58,222 nt of DNA from a virus. Taxonomy: Duplodnaviria > Caudoviricetes. Position numbers and translations under genes: made by a program. The notes under the pieces were generated by a model. The model had not been told where the DNA came from and ran no database searches. It worked only from the letters and a program-made list of their open reading frames with translations. Shown here in pieces: positions 7,113 through 15,553 of this stretch (its first letter is position 1; each line of letters begins with the position of its first letter). The stretch covers positions 1 to 58,222 of the IMG/VR virus record IMGVR_UViG_3300045978_000161. One strand, 5' to 3'.

Positions 7113-7122
7113 CCCAGGAGGG
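7113..7122 (+). repeat. Start-associated motif CCCAGGAGGG (first of 9 exact copies)
   Basis: Also at 15537, 19992, 21103, 21611, 23109, 23378, 51816 and 54188; each lies 3-7 nt before a start codon. Confidence 0.9.
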
Positions 7123-7125
7123 CAA

Positions 7126-7473
7126 ATGCCAGAGCCACGCCTTGAATGCCGCGACTGCGGTGAGTCGCTAGTAGTCTGCGATCGCTGCGTCGACGATGAT
7201 GATGTCGCCTCCTCCGCCTATCCACTCACGAGCGAAGCGCGGCGCGTTTTCCACATCGGGATATGCCCCTATCATGGTGCGCTCGCCAGGCGGTGCCCGA
7301 GGTGCGTACCGACGCATCTGATCGAGCCGGTCGACAACGGCCGCGTTGGTCCATCTCCGGAAATTCCCGATCGAATTATTCGCGCAGGTATGGTGTGCCT
7401 GCTCGTCGGCTTCGTCGCCGGCGTGCTGCTCACGCTGCTCTTGCTGCCGCAGATCGCGGCGAGGATGCACTGA
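7126..7473 (+). CDS. Cys-rich protein with C-terminal TM helix
   Basis: Multiple CxxC motifs; hydrophobic tail; strong SD. Confidence 0.7.
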   Translation: MPEPRLECRDCGESLVVCDRCVDDDDVASSAYPLTSEARRVFHIGICPYHGALARRCPRCVPTHLIEPVDNGRVGPSPEIPDRIIRAGMVCLLVGFVAGVLLTLLLLPQIAARMH

Positions 7474-7682
7474 TGGGCTTCATGCTGGCGCACGGCGAGT
7501 GCTACGGGTGCAAGCGCTTTTTCAGTTTCAACCCGGATCTGGTCCCATCTATTCGGATCAACGGCAACCGCGAGCCGGTGTGCCAGAGCTGCGTCGACGC
7601 GGCGAATCCTCAGCGACTCAAGAATGGCCTGCCGCCGATCGAGGTGCTGCCCGGCGCCTACGATGCCCAGGAGTGCGGATGA
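7473..7682 (+). CDS. Small zinc-binding hypothetical protein
   Basis: CYGC...CQSC, 69 aa, TGATG coupling. Confidence 0.7.
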   Translation: MGFMLAHGECYGCKRFFSFNPDLVPSIRINGNREPVCQSCVDAANPQRLKNGLPPIEVLPGAYDAQECG

Positions 7683-8008
7683 GCCGCCGCTGCGATCGCT
7701 GCAAACGGCTCCTCGTGTTCTCGCGCGAGGAGTGCAAGTGCAAGAGATTCGAGGTTCAGAGCGATCCGAGTCCGTACAACCAGGAGTGGACAAAGCCGCC
7801 TGACAAGGGCGCGTGGACCGAGATCTACGCGGCCGATGCGGAAGCCGCGGCCGAGAAGTTCTGCGAGCGATACGACTGCGACGGCGAGTACACGATCCTC
7901 AAAGCGCAGCGCGGCCACGTGTATGTGCGCGACGATGGCGGGACCGTGACGCGGTGGTTCATCGAAGCCGAAGCGGTGCCCACCTACTACGCGCATGAGG
8001 TGAAGTGA
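7679..8008 (+). CDS. Hypothetical protein
   Basis: 109 aa, ATGA coupling. Confidence 0.7.
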   Translation: MSRRCDRCKRLLVFSREECKCKRFEVQSDPSPYNQEWTKPPDKGAWTEIYAADAEAAAEKFCERYDCDGEYTILKAQRGHVYVRDDGGTVTRWFIEAEAVPTYYAHEVK

Positions 8009-8220
8009 TGCCGCCGCTACTCGACCAGGCCGGACAATTCCGCTGCCCGCTGTGCGATTGGCGCACCGACAGCACGGGGCTTTCCGCGGCCGCGGCCGCC
8101 GTGCTCGAGCGCGCCGCGCACGATCATCTGTCGGAGCATTCGATCGCGAGCTGGATCGGGAAGATCCGCCAGCTCGAAAGAACGCGCGACGAGCTGCAGG
8201 CGAAGGTGGCGCATGGCTGA
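8008..8220 (+). CDS. C2H2-type zinc finger protein
   Basis: CPLC...HLSEH. Confidence 0.6.
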   Translation: MPPLLDQAGQFRCPLCDWRTDSTGLSAAAAAVLERAAHDHLSEHSIASWIGKIRQLERTRDELQAKVAHG

Positions 8221-8485
8221 GATCGGTCACGTGAGGACCAGTCCGGAGGAGTGCGCGCGCATGATTGCCGCGATGGACAACGGCACCCTGCAGGCTCAGG
8301 AGCTGGTGCAGAAGGGTGCGATCGACGCGCTGCAGATGCTCCAGCTGCTTGGCGTCGACGAGATCAACGTCAACAACATGCTCCACAGCCTGCGGCGCCT
8401 GGCGAAGATCATCAGCAAGGAGACGAAGCGGCGCGGCCTGTGTGTCGTCGACGTCTCCCCGCCTATTCGTCCCGGGCAGGCGTGA
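8213..8485 (+). CDS. Hypothetical protein
   Basis: 90 aa, in operon. Confidence 0.65.
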   Translation: MAEIGHVRTSPEECARMIAAMDNGTLQAQELVQKGAIDALQMLQLLGVDEINVNNMLHSLRRLAKIISKETKRRGLCVVDVSPPIRPGQA

Positions 8486-8718
8486 GCGACGCGGCCGGAT
8501 CTTTCACGATCTGGGTGGTGTACGACCATCCGCGCGACTATCCGCACTTCTATGTCGCGCGCCGCTTCGTGGTCCTGCCCGGGCGAACCGAACCGACCAG
8601 CGATGTGATGCAGTCGGGCACACTCGACACCATTCGCCAGGAGCTGCACAAGCGCGGCCTGCACGCGATCGGCCGGCACTGCAGCGATGATCCCAAAATC
8701 GTGGAGACGTGGATTTGA
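8482..8718 (+). CDS. Conserved phage hypothetical protein
   Basis: IWVVYDHPRDYP..YVARRF...DDPKIVETW pattern; GTGA coupling. Confidence 0.7.
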   Translation: MSDAAGSFTIWVVYDHPRDYPHFYVARRFVVLPGRTEPTSDVMQSGTLDTIRQELHKRGLHAIGRHCSDDPKIVETWI

Positions 8719-9158
8719 AAGCACTAACTATCTGCCAGCCGTATGCGCACCTCATCGCCGCCGGCAAGAAGCGTGTCGAGAACCGCACCTGGTCTACCGC
8801 GCACCGCGGCCTGATCTATATCCACGCCGGCAAGTCGCGCGAATGGCTGGATATCGAAGGCGATCGCGATGCCGAGTACGACATCCCGCTGAAGTCCATG
8901 GCCTTCGGCGCGGTGGTGGCGATCGCAGATCTCGTCGCGTGCGTGCATATCAATTCGGTGAGGGCCGGAACTTACGATCGGCAATTCCCGTGGCTGCAGA
9001 AGCATGAGCACACCTCCGGGCCGTGGTGCTGGATCGTCGATCACGTCAATCCGATCGGGCCCTGGCCGTACACCGGCGCGCAAGGCCTGTTCGAGATCAA
9101 TGACGACAAGCTCGATGAGATCGCGACGAGGGTTATCAACCAGGGGAGCAAGCGCTGA
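8715..9158 (+). CDS. ASCH domain protein
   Basis: KALTICQPYAHLI..GKKRVENRTW...IHAGK...GAQGLF; TTG 8715 or GTG 8709 start. Confidence 0.9.
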   Translation: MKALTICQPYAHLIAAGKKRVENRTWSTAHRGLIYIHAGKSREWLDIEGDRDAEYDIPLKSMAFGAVVAIADLVACVHINSVRAGTYDRQFPWLQKHEHTSGPWCWIVDHVNPIGPWPYTGAQGLFEINDDKLDEIATRVINQGSKR

Positions 9159-9670
9159 TGGCTGACTGGAAAGACGAAGCTCGAAACCGAGTCGCGCGCC
9201 GGGTGTTCCTGGCCGCCGAGAAACTGTGCGATGAGCCGATGGATACGAACGAGCTGGTTGGGCTGCTGCGCGCCGCCGGCCTTGAGATCGAACGCCTGGT
9301 GCCGCCCGGCTGGAAGTGCTTCCACTGCGGCGAGACGTTTACTGAGGAACCGCAGGCGCTTGCCCACTTCGGCCATGCGGAAGGGCACCAACCAGGTTGC
9401 GTTGAGAAGCTGACAGCTCCGGAGAAAAATCTGGTGCTGGCGCTGCGGAAGGTGTGCGACGAGTTCCACCGACTGCAGATTCAGGTGTCGGAGGAGATCA
9501 CCAACGACACCTACTTTTATTCCAGGCTGCGCGCGTCCCTCGCGTCCATGCCGAAGTTCAAGACGTGCATTTCGCTGCACGACGTTTTCATGCTGTTCGA
9601 TTCGATGGAAGGTCGCGCGCTCGCGGCCGAGGAGCGTCTGCAGCGTCTCGACCAGGCGCCGGAGCGCTGA
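9158..9670 (+). CDS. Zinc-finger hypothetical protein
   Basis: WKCFHCGETF...AHFG. Confidence 0.65.
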   Translation: MADWKDEARNRVARRVFLAAEKLCDEPMDTNELVGLLRAAGLEIERLVPPGWKCFHCGETFTEEPQALAHFGHAEGHQPGCVEKLTAPEKNLVLALRKVCDEFHRLQIQVSEEITNDTYFYSRLRASLASMPKFKTCISLHDVFMLFDSMEGRALAAEERLQRLDQAPER

Positions 9671-10191
9671 TGGAGCGCGGCACCTATCCAGGTTATCGCG
9701 CCGAAAAGTGCAACGGCTGTGGGCTTTGCTGCCTGACTGCGCCTTGCTCGATTTCGCAGCAGTTTGGACTCTGGCGCCACGGGCGATGCATCGCGCTCCA
9801 GTCGGCGACCGACGGTGTTGCCACCCGTTACTTCTGCGGGGTGCTCACCGCGCCGGCGACGATCAGCAAGCGACTGGCCGCGCTCACTCAGGAGGCGCGC
9901 GACGATGCGATCGGTGTCGGCCGCGGGTGCGACCACCGGGCGGCCTGGTCGATCCAGGAGGCGGTTGCGCTTCTGCAGACCCGGAATATCGCCGATGACT
10001 ATTACAAGTTCGCCGGCGACAGCTACCCGCGCGGCTGCGTGCTGCATACGCCCGACGGGCGCCACTGGCTCGTGTACCAGGGCGAGAAGGGCGCGGAGCC
10101 GACGGTGAGCCCCATGGGCCTGTCGACGGGGATCGACGTATCACGCGAGGTGCCGCTGTCACAGTGGATAGATAGAGGAGGGGTTCGATGA
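9670..10191 (+). CDS. YkgJ-like cysteine-cluster protein
   Basis: CNGCGLCC...C...C...C. Confidence 0.6.
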   Translation: MERGTYPGYRAEKCNGCGLCCLTAPCSISQQFGLWRHGRCIALQSATDGVATRYFCGVLTAPATISKRLAALTQEARDDAIGVGRGCDHRAAWSIQEAVALLQTRNIADDYYKFAGDSYPRGCVLHTPDGRHWLVYQGEKGAEPTVSPMGLSTGIDVSREVPLSQWIDRGGVR

Positions 10192-10391
10192 AGATTGAGA
10201 GCGAGTTCCGGATCCTGGAGATCGGCCGCGCGCCGGCGGGCGAGGGACGCACGTCCGAGGTGGTGCTGGAGTCGATCGACGGCCAGCGCTTGAAGGTGAT
10301 CGGTCTCGACGACGACCAGGCGCGCGAGTTGGGCGCGCTGTTCAGCGAGCCCGTCAAGGTGTCGCTGGAGATCCGCAAGAGGAATGTCTGA
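10188..10391 (+). CDS. Hypothetical protein
   Basis: 67 aa, GGAGG SD. Confidence 0.7.
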   Translation: MKIESEFRILEIGRAPAGEGRTSEVVLESIDGQRLKVIGLDDDQARELGALFSEPVKVSLEIRKRNV

Positions 10392-11248
10392 TGGAGAACA
10401 CGAAGATCGAGTGGGCCACGCACACCCTGAACTGGTGGACCGGCTGCGAGCATGTCTCGCCGGCGTGCGATGGGTGCTACGCGGAGGCCTGGGCGAAGCG
10501 CGCGGGCCGTAACTTCGCGGAGCGCCGGCAGACGAGTGGCACCATTCACAAACTACCTTTCAAGTGGGAGCGCGAGGCGATCGCGACTGGAGACCGGCCC
10601 TATGTGTTCGTCAATTCGCTATCGGACTTCTTCGACAACAAGGTGCCTGACGAGTGGCGAGAGTCTTTTTTCTCGACTGCGCGGCAAACTCCCCACGTCA
10701 CCTATCTGCTGCTTACCAAGCGGATCGGCAATGCCGCGCGGATGCTTCCGCCAGGCGGTCCTGCCGAATGGCCGAACCTGTGGCTCGGATCCACGGTGGT
10801 CACTCCGGAGGAGGCAGCCCGCGATATCCCGAAGCTGCTGCGAACGCCGGCCGCGATTCATTTCCTGTCGATCGAGCCGATGCTGGCCGCGATGAATATC
10901 GACCGCTGGCTCTGGGACGATGACCAGCGCGAGGGCCACGTCACCGGGCTCGATTGGGTGATCGCCGGCGGCGAGTCCGGAGGTCACGCCAGGCCGCTGA
11001 ACCCCGACTGGATCCGCGGATTGCGCGACCAGTGCAGCGAGGCCGGCGTCGACTTCTTTTTCAAGCAGTGGGGCGAGTGGGCGCCGCCGGATGCGGTGCC
11101 GCCGGAGAAGTGGCACGACCGGCACACCTACGACAGCGGCGCGTACATGATGCGCGTCGGGAAGGATGTCGCCGGCGCGAAGCTCGATGGGTGTCTGCTC
11201 CGTGCGCGGCCGCCGCACCAAACTCCTTCGATCAGGCTTGCTCACTAA
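10391..11248 (+). CDS. DUF5131 / phage Gp37-Gp68 family protein (radical-SAM-like)
   Basis: TKIEW...GCEHVSPACDGCYA...FVNSLSDFF...LLLTKR...GGESG...FFKQWG. Confidence 0.92.
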   Translation: MENTKIEWATHTLNWWTGCEHVSPACDGCYAEAWAKRAGRNFAERRQTSGTIHKLPFKWEREAIATGDRPYVFVNSLSDFFDNKVPDEWRESFFSTARQTPHVTYLLLTKRIGNAARMLPPGGPAEWPNLWLGSTVVTPEEAARDIPKLLRTPAAIHFLSIEPMLAAMNIDRWLWDDDQREGHVTGLDWVIAGGESGGHARPLNPDWIRGLRDQCSEAGVDFFFKQWGEWAPPDAVPPEKWHDRHTYDSGAYMMRVGKDVAGAKLDGCLLRARPPHQTPSIRLAH

Positions 11249-11260
11249 AGAGGAATCACC

Positions 11261-12016
11261 ATGGCCGATGATGCTTACAAACTGAACCTTGCCGTCGAGA
11301 CGACGTGCATGGTCAAGCGGAAGATGGCGACCACGCGCGAGAAGCTAGACAACGACACCGAAATGACGGTGTGCTGCATCTGGATCAAAGGCGTGCGCGT
11401 GTCTCGAGAAGCGGCGGAGGAGCTGGCCGGGCTTCCGATCGGATCCTTCGGCCCGCTGTTCAACGAGGCTGGAATGCCGCGCGAGCGCATGTCGATGCTG
11501 TTCCCGAAGCGCGAGCTGCTCGGCACCGGCGTGTTCGATCACCGCAAAGAGAGCGGTGCATCGCTCGCGAAGCTGGAAGTAACTGGCGCAGTTGTCGCCG
11601 ACATGCGTTTCAATCTCGACGTGCCGGACGGCGACGGGCCGACGGTGCTGATGTCGTACTCGGTTATCTGGAAGGCCGCCGGCGACGAGGTGGATCACGT
11701 CCGCCATCTGCTCGGCCAGAAGTCCTGCTTCATGAAACTGAAGTTCACGACGCCACCGACCCAGGTGCCGCTGGCGATCGACACCGACAGCCGGCCCCTT
11801 GCTGACAAGCCCGCCGGCGATCGCGCGAAGCTCGATCGCAAGCGCCAGGCCGCCGGCGAAGGTGCGGAGCCGAAGCCGCGCGGCGCCGGCGCCGTGGAGC
11901 AGCTGGAGAAGAAACTCGATCGCGGGCCCGCGGTGGGCGCGAAGTTCACGGCCGAAGCGCGAGCGGCTGCGGCGAAGAATCCCCGGCGCGAGAAGCCGCC
12001 GGCGAGGAAAAAGTAA
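11261..12016 (+). CDS. Hypothetical protein with basic C-terminal tail
   Basis: 251 aa, GAGGA SD. Confidence 0.7.
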   Translation: MADDAYKLNLAVETTCMVKRKMATTREKLDNDTEMTVCCIWIKGVRVSREAAEELAGLPIGSFGPLFNEAGMPRERMSMLFPKRELLGTGVFDHRKESGASLAKLEVTGAVVADMRFNLDVPDGDGPTVLMSYSVIWKAAGDEVDHVRHLLGQKSCFMKLKFTTPPTQVPLAIDTDSRPLADKPAGDRAKLDRKRQAAGEGAEPKPRGAGAVEQLEKKLDRGPAVGAKFTAEARAAAAKNPRREKPPARKK

Positions 12017-12291
12017 TGCTGACGATCAAACGCAAGGTGGGCCAGGGGATCCGCGTCGGCAAGACGGTGCAGATCTCCGTGCACCAGCTCAGTAACCGCG
12101 GCGCGCATCTGGTGATCAAGGCGACGGGTCTCGAATTCGAGGAGGTGCTGTTCCAGTCGCACACCTGGTCGGCGGTGATCGACGGCCATCTGCTGTCGAT
12201 CACGCTGAACGACATCGTGCGCGGCGAGGCGGTGCTGGCGTGTGAAGCGAACCGCGAGCTGCGGATCGACCGGGAGGAGGTTGCATCGTGA
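12016..12291 (+). CDS. Divergent CsrA-like protein with internal duplication
   Basis: N-terminal MLTIKRKVGQGIRVG..VQISV and C-terminal GEAVLACEANRELRIDREEV match the two ends of CsrA, with about 40 extra aa between. Confidence 0.7.
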   Translation: MLTIKRKVGQGIRVGKTVQISVHQLSNRGAHLVIKATGLEFEEVLFQSHTWSAVIDGHLLSITLNDIVRGEAVLACEANRELRIDREEVAS

Positions 12292-12551
12292 GAAAGATCA
12301 TTCGCGTGGATCTCGACGTCGGCATGAATGTGCCGATCAGCGTGGCGAAGGGCGCGGTGCTGCTGCACGTCGGGTGGCGGAACGGGCCGGCGATGTACTT
12401 CCAGGTCGACACCGAGAAGGAGGTCGTGCAGCGCCAGGTCAACTGGTATCGCAACGAGGATCCACTGCCGGCGAAGGTCGGCAACTATCTCGGCACGGTG
12501 ACGGCGCCGGAAACGCTGATCACGTATCACGCATTCGAGGTGCGGCCATGA
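12288..12551 (+). CDS. Conserved phage hypothetical protein
   Basis: 87 aa; GAVLLHVG...YLGTV...HAFE. Confidence 0.65.
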   Translation: MRKIIRVDLDVGMNVPISVAKGAVLLHVGWRNGPAMYFQVDTEKEVVQRQVNWYRNEDPLPAKVGNYLGTVTAPETLITYHAFEVRP

Positions 12552-14302
12552 GCCGCACGGCCAATCTACCGATGCGCATGGACGCGCCGCCGGCGTATAC
12601 CGAACTTCCGCAGGACGTTCCGCAGGACGCGCGGCCGCACACCTTCGTGGTGGTGGGCAACACCGGATCCGGCAAGTCCAGCTCCGCCAGGTGGGGGATT
12701 GTGGAGCCGATCCTCCGCGCCCATCGGCGCGCGGCCATCATTGACCCGACGGGCGTGTGGTGGGGCTTGCGCTTCATGCGCGACGGATCGCCCGGCTTTC
12801 GCATTCCGATCCTGGGAGGCCTTTACGGCGATGCGCCGCTGCACGACTACGACGCGGCCGCGGTCGCGCGCTGGATCGGTGAGAACGATGTGCCGGTGAT
12901 CCTCGATCTCAGTGAAATGACGATCGGCGAGCGGCATGACTTCGGTGCTGACTTCTTCGCCGCGCTGTACCAGGCGAACCGGCGGCCGCTGCATCTGGTG
13001 ATCGACGAGGCCGACGAGTTCGCGCCGCAGAATCCGATGCCGGAGACGAAGCGACTGCTGCATCACGTCGATCGCATCGTGCGCCGCGGCCGCGTGCGAG
13101 GCTTCCGCCCGGTGATGATCACGCAGCGGCCGTCCGTGCTTCACAAGAATGTGATGTCGCAGGCGTCGGCGCTGGTGGCGATGCGACTCCTCGGCTCCCA
13201 GGACCGCGCCGCGGTGGAGCTGTGGATCAAGGGCCAGGGAGATCTCGCGGCCGGCAAGGAGGTGCTGAACACGCTGGCGCGGCTCCAGGTCGGCGAAGGG
13301 TGGCTGTGGGTGCCCGGGCTCAACATCCTCAACCGCGGCCGCTTCCAGTTGTTCGAGACCTACGACAGTTCGCGCACGCCGAAGGATGACGAGCCGCCTG
13401 TCGAGCCGCCTGGTCCGTTCCCATGGGCCGACGAGTTCCGCGAGCTGCTCGAGCACGTGGTCGCCGCGGATCCGCCGGCGGATCCGGATGCGCCGCCGGC
13501 GACGGCTGATGAGCTCGCGGCTGCTGAGAAACGCGGCCGCGATGCTGGCCGGCTCCTGGGATTCGACCAGGGCTTCCATGCTGCGACGGCCGCGCTGCAG
13601 GGCCGCGTGACCGGGGTGCTCAAGTCCGCGGAGGAGTTCATGGCCGGCTTGCGTGAGACCGCGGCATCCCTCGCGAATGGCGGTGCAAATCCGCCGGCGC
13701 CGCCGGCCACGCTGGTTGTGCACCCGACCAGGCAGGCCGCTGAGGAGTGGGCGAAGAAAAACGCCATCGTCCCCAAGCCTGCTGCGCCGGCGCCGAAGCC
13801 CGCGCCGCCGGTCGCGCGTGCGCAGCTCGTGACCGCGAGCAACTCCGGCGGCGAGAAGATGCTGAAGGCGCTCGCGATGCTGCAGGAGCAGCGCCCCTGG
13901 GAAGATGTGTGCGTGCTCGCCGGGATCCTGCACGCCAACGGCAACTTCTGGGTTGGCCGCAAATATCTGCTCGGCCAGGGATACGCGACCGAAGGTGCTG
14001 GCCAGGTGCTCGCGACGCCGGCGGGAATCAAGATCGCCGGCGGCCGGCAGCCGGCGCTGTCGCGCGCGGAGATCATCCAGCTGTGGCAACACAAGCTGCG
14101 CAGCCCTGGCGGTCTCATGCTCCAGGCGATCGCCGGCGCCCGCGGCTGTCAGATGTCGAAGCAGCAGCTCGTCGCCGCGCTTGGGATCAAGCCGGACAAC
14201 GGCAATTGGTGGGGCGGGTTGAAGGCCTTGCGCAAGGCGAACCTGATGGAGCAGGAGGGCGACACCTACCGGCTCACCAGCATTGTTAGAGAAGCTCGCT
14301 GA
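12548..14302 (+). CDS. HerA/DUF87-like P-loop ATPase with C-terminal wHTH-like repeats
   Basis: Walker A GNTGSGKS; IIDPTGVWWGL; Walker B LVIDEAD; RRGRVRG; ITQRP. Confidence 0.85.
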   Translation: MSRTANLPMRMDAPPAYTELPQDVPQDARPHTFVVVGNTGSGKSSSARWGIVEPILRAHRRAAIIDPTGVWWGLRFMRDGSPGFRIPILGGLYGDAPLHDYDAAAVARWIGENDVPVILDLSEMTIGERHDFGADFFAALYQANRRPLHLVIDEADEFAPQNPMPETKRLLHHVDRIVRRGRVRGFRPVMITQRPSVLHKNVMSQASALVAMRLLGSQDRAAVELWIKGQGDLAAGKEVLNTLARLQVGEGWLWVPGLNILNRGRFQLFETYDSSRTPKDDEPPVEPPGPFPWADEFRELLEHVVAADPPADPDAPPATADELAAAEKRGRDAGRLLGFDQGFHAATAALQGRVTGVLKSAEEFMAGLRETAASLANGGANPPAPPATLVVHPTRQAAEEWAKKNAIVPKPAAPAPKPAPPVARAQLVTASNSGGEKMLKALAMLQEQRPWEDVCVLAGILHANGNFWVGRKYLLGQGYATEGAGQVLATPAGIKIAGGRQPALSRAEIIQLWQHKLRSPGGLMLQAIAGARGCQMSKQQLVAALGIKPDNGNWWGGLKALRKANLMEQEGDTYRLTSIVREAR

Positions 14303-14320
14303 ACCACAGAAGGAATACGT

Positions 14321-14713
14321 ATGGAACCTAAGTATTGGGATATCGGAGATGAGGCCCTCTTAAACCTGGTGCCAGCTCCAGAGCCACCGACTGATCCGGG
14401 TGTAGAGCTTCGGGAGCGGATCCGCGATCAGATAGACAAGAATGTCCGCGAGGCTTTGCTGCATTTCTTTCACGAGTCCACTACCTGTGGCCTTGGGGTC
14501 GATGGCGTTTATGTCGTGATCCACACGGATGTTGAGGAGGATGAGGAGGGAGAGGACAGATTCATCCGTAAATTTCCTATCAGAGAGTTGCTTGAGGACT
14601 TTGTTGCGAACTTCAAGGATGAAGATGGATCTGCATCCGAACTCTCTGAACTGTCGGCGCTATTAACAGAAATGTCAGGGCGCGTTAAACAACTTGCAGC
14701 GTCACGTAGTTAG
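14321..14713 (+). CDS. Acidic hypothetical protein, lower GC
   Basis: 130 aa, AAGGA SD, many A/T-ending codons. Confidence 0.7.
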   Translation: MEPKYWDIGDEALLNLVPAPEPPTDPGVELRERIRDQIDKNVREALLHFFHESTTCGLGVDGVYVVIHTDVEEDEEGEDRFIRKFPIRELLEDFVANFKDEDGSASELSELSALLTEMSGRVKQLAASRS

Positions 14714-14722
14714 GGAGGCACG

Positions 14723-15532
14723 ATGAAGATGGAAAACGCGGAATGGGTCGAGGCGCACCTTAGGCGGAAGCTCACACCGTTCCAGGCGAGGTGCGCGGAG
14801 ATCGTCGGCCTGATCAGCTCCGGCGCGCACAACGCGCCGGTGAAGTGGGAGTCGGTCGAATGGGAGTGGGGCGGCAAGGGCGTGATGGTGCTCTGGGGTC
14901 GCGGCTGTCTGTGCACCTGGGACTTCTGCAATCTCACGCCGCTCGTGTTCCTGTGCCATGACGCGCGGATCCGCCTGGAGATCTCGCCGGCGAGCCCGGA
15001 CAAACTCCGGCTCGTGTTCTTCCAGCGCCAGGCCGCCGGCAAGATCATGCAGCGCCACCCAGATATGACGGAGGCACTAGCCGACCATCTGCGGTGGATT
15101 CCCGACGGCCACCCGCTGCTGTGGCGCAATCATCCGGAGCGAGAATTCGAGAAGGTGGCCGAAGGCTTCAAGACAGTCGGGCAGCGCCGGCGCGAGCGTG
15201 AATTGACGGAGCGACCCACCGACGCCGATCGGGAGGCTAACCCCGGGCTCATGTCGGGCGCTGAGATTGACGAGCAGGAACGGGTTGCTAATCGTGAAGC
15301 CATGAACGCCGCCACAAAGCTGAACGCCTCGCACTTCAACGAGATCCGCATTGCGCAGATCAAGAACGGCACCCCTGCCATGACGCCGGATGAGCGCGCC
15401 TACCTTATTGAGACGATTCCGCGCTTCGAGGAGTGTTCTGTTACGCGCGAGCAGCTCGCAGCGATGAACGATCGCGCTCTGATGGACGAGTCCTATTCCG
15501 TTTGGGCAGACTATGCCTCGACGCAAATCTAA
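14723..15532 (+). CDS. Hypothetical protein (probably composite)
   Basis: 269 aa, GGGAGG SD; TWDFCNLTPLVFLCHDARIR motif. Confidence 0.7.
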   Translation: MKMENAEWVEAHLRRKLTPFQARCAEIVGLISSGAHNAPVKWESVEWEWGGKGVMVLWGRGCLCTWDFCNLTPLVFLCHDARIRLEISPASPDKLRLVFFQRQAAGKIMQRHPDMTEALADHLRWIPDGHPLLWRNHPEREFEKVAEGFKTVGQRRRERELTERPTDADREANPGLMSGAEIDEQERVANREAMNAATKLNASHFNEIRIAQIKNGTPAMTPDERAYLIETIPRFEECSVTREQLAAMNDRALMDESYSVWADYASTQI

Positions 15533-15553
15533 CTAACCCAGGAGGGCAATACC

